Below are positions 63,420 to 64,000 of a stretch of 64,000 nt of DNA, one piece after another. Positions within the stretch are counted from its first letter, which is position 1. Each line of letters starts with the position of its first letter. Position numbers and translations under genes: made by a program. Source of the DNA: Camelus ferus (taxonomy: Eukaryota); assembly GCF_009834535.1 (NCBI RefSeq), contig NC_045697.1, positions 105,402,001 to 105,466,000 of the forward strand. Direction: 5' to 3'. Under the pieces are notes generated by a model that saw only the letters and a program-made list of their open reading frames with translations, was not told the origin of the DNA and did no database searches.

Positions 63420-64000
63420 TGTACTGCAACATTCTGCAAGTTTTGGCAAACATGTATATGTAACCATCATCACTACCATAATTAATACATAGAACAATTC
63501 TATCAACTTCAAAACTCCTCCAGGACTCCCTTTCTAGCTTCCTGCAACTACTGATTTGTTCTGTTTCCCTACGGTTTTGCCTTGGCGAGAATGTTGTATA
63601 AATGAAATCCTCCCATTTACTGTCTTTTGGGTCTGGTTTCTTTTGCTTAGAATAATGTATTTAGGAATCACCCGAGTTGTGAATATCAATTCCTTTCAAT
63701 TACTGAGTAGTATTCCACTGTACAGCTGGACTACAGTTTGTTTATCCGTTCCCTAGCTAAAGGACATTTGGATTGTTTCCAGTTTTTGATGATTACAAAG
63801 AAATCTGCTATAAGCATTTGCATAGAGGTAATTGTGTGAACAGTTTTTTATTTCGCTTAGGTAAATACCTAGGAGTCAGATTACCAGCTCTTATTGTAAG
63901 TGCATTTTTAACTTTTGAAGACACTGTCAGTTTGAGAAATTGACTTTACGATTTTGTATTCTCACCAATATTGCTCACATTCTCACCAGAACTTACTACT
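63420..64000 (-). mobile_element. Old L1 (L1MC/MD/ME-like) 3' region running off the window
   Basis: 'caactactgatttgttctg...ctgagtagtattccactgtacag...ggacatttggattgtttccagtttttgatgattac...cttaggtaaatacctaggagt'. Confidence 0.85.

Noticed and set aside
1..64000. A multi-exon protein-coding gene or a novel multi-gene system
   Set aside because: Scattered splice-like sites (e.g. near 1628, 2287, 8510, 23370, 23857, 27538, 44185, 56309) do not link into a recognisable reading frame. Small exons of a host gene cannot be excluded without RNA-seq or alignment.

Overview
AT-rich, CpG-depleted mammalian genomic DNA, very likely camelid (alpaca/llama/camel). This assignment rests on three copies of a tRNA-Ala-derived SINE resembling the camelid vic-1 family and on several lineage-specific L1 3' ends. 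I find no recognisable protein-coding exon, RNA gene, CpG island or prokaryote-type system. The ORF track consists of chance ORFs, low-complexity ORFs and decayed L1 ORF2 pieces. The window reads as intergenic DNA or a very large intron, dominated by transposable elements: young and old L1, L2, MIR, MaLR/ERVL LTRs and hAT/TcMar MITEs. A few repeat-free, homeobox-motif-rich blocks may be conserved enhancers. I do not see evidence of a novel biological system. The best-supported curiosities are small genome-evolution events visible directly in the sequence: a probable gene-conversion tract between two neighbouring L1s, a 59-bp locally templated insertion into a microsatellite, a twin-primed inverted L1 whose target-site duplication (TSD) decayed at one CpG on opposite strands, and a tail-less internal L1 ORF2 fragment flanked by a TSD. 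Repeat subfamily names come from recalled consensus sequences, and boundaries of old repeats are approximate; both need RepeatMasker/Dfam confirmation.
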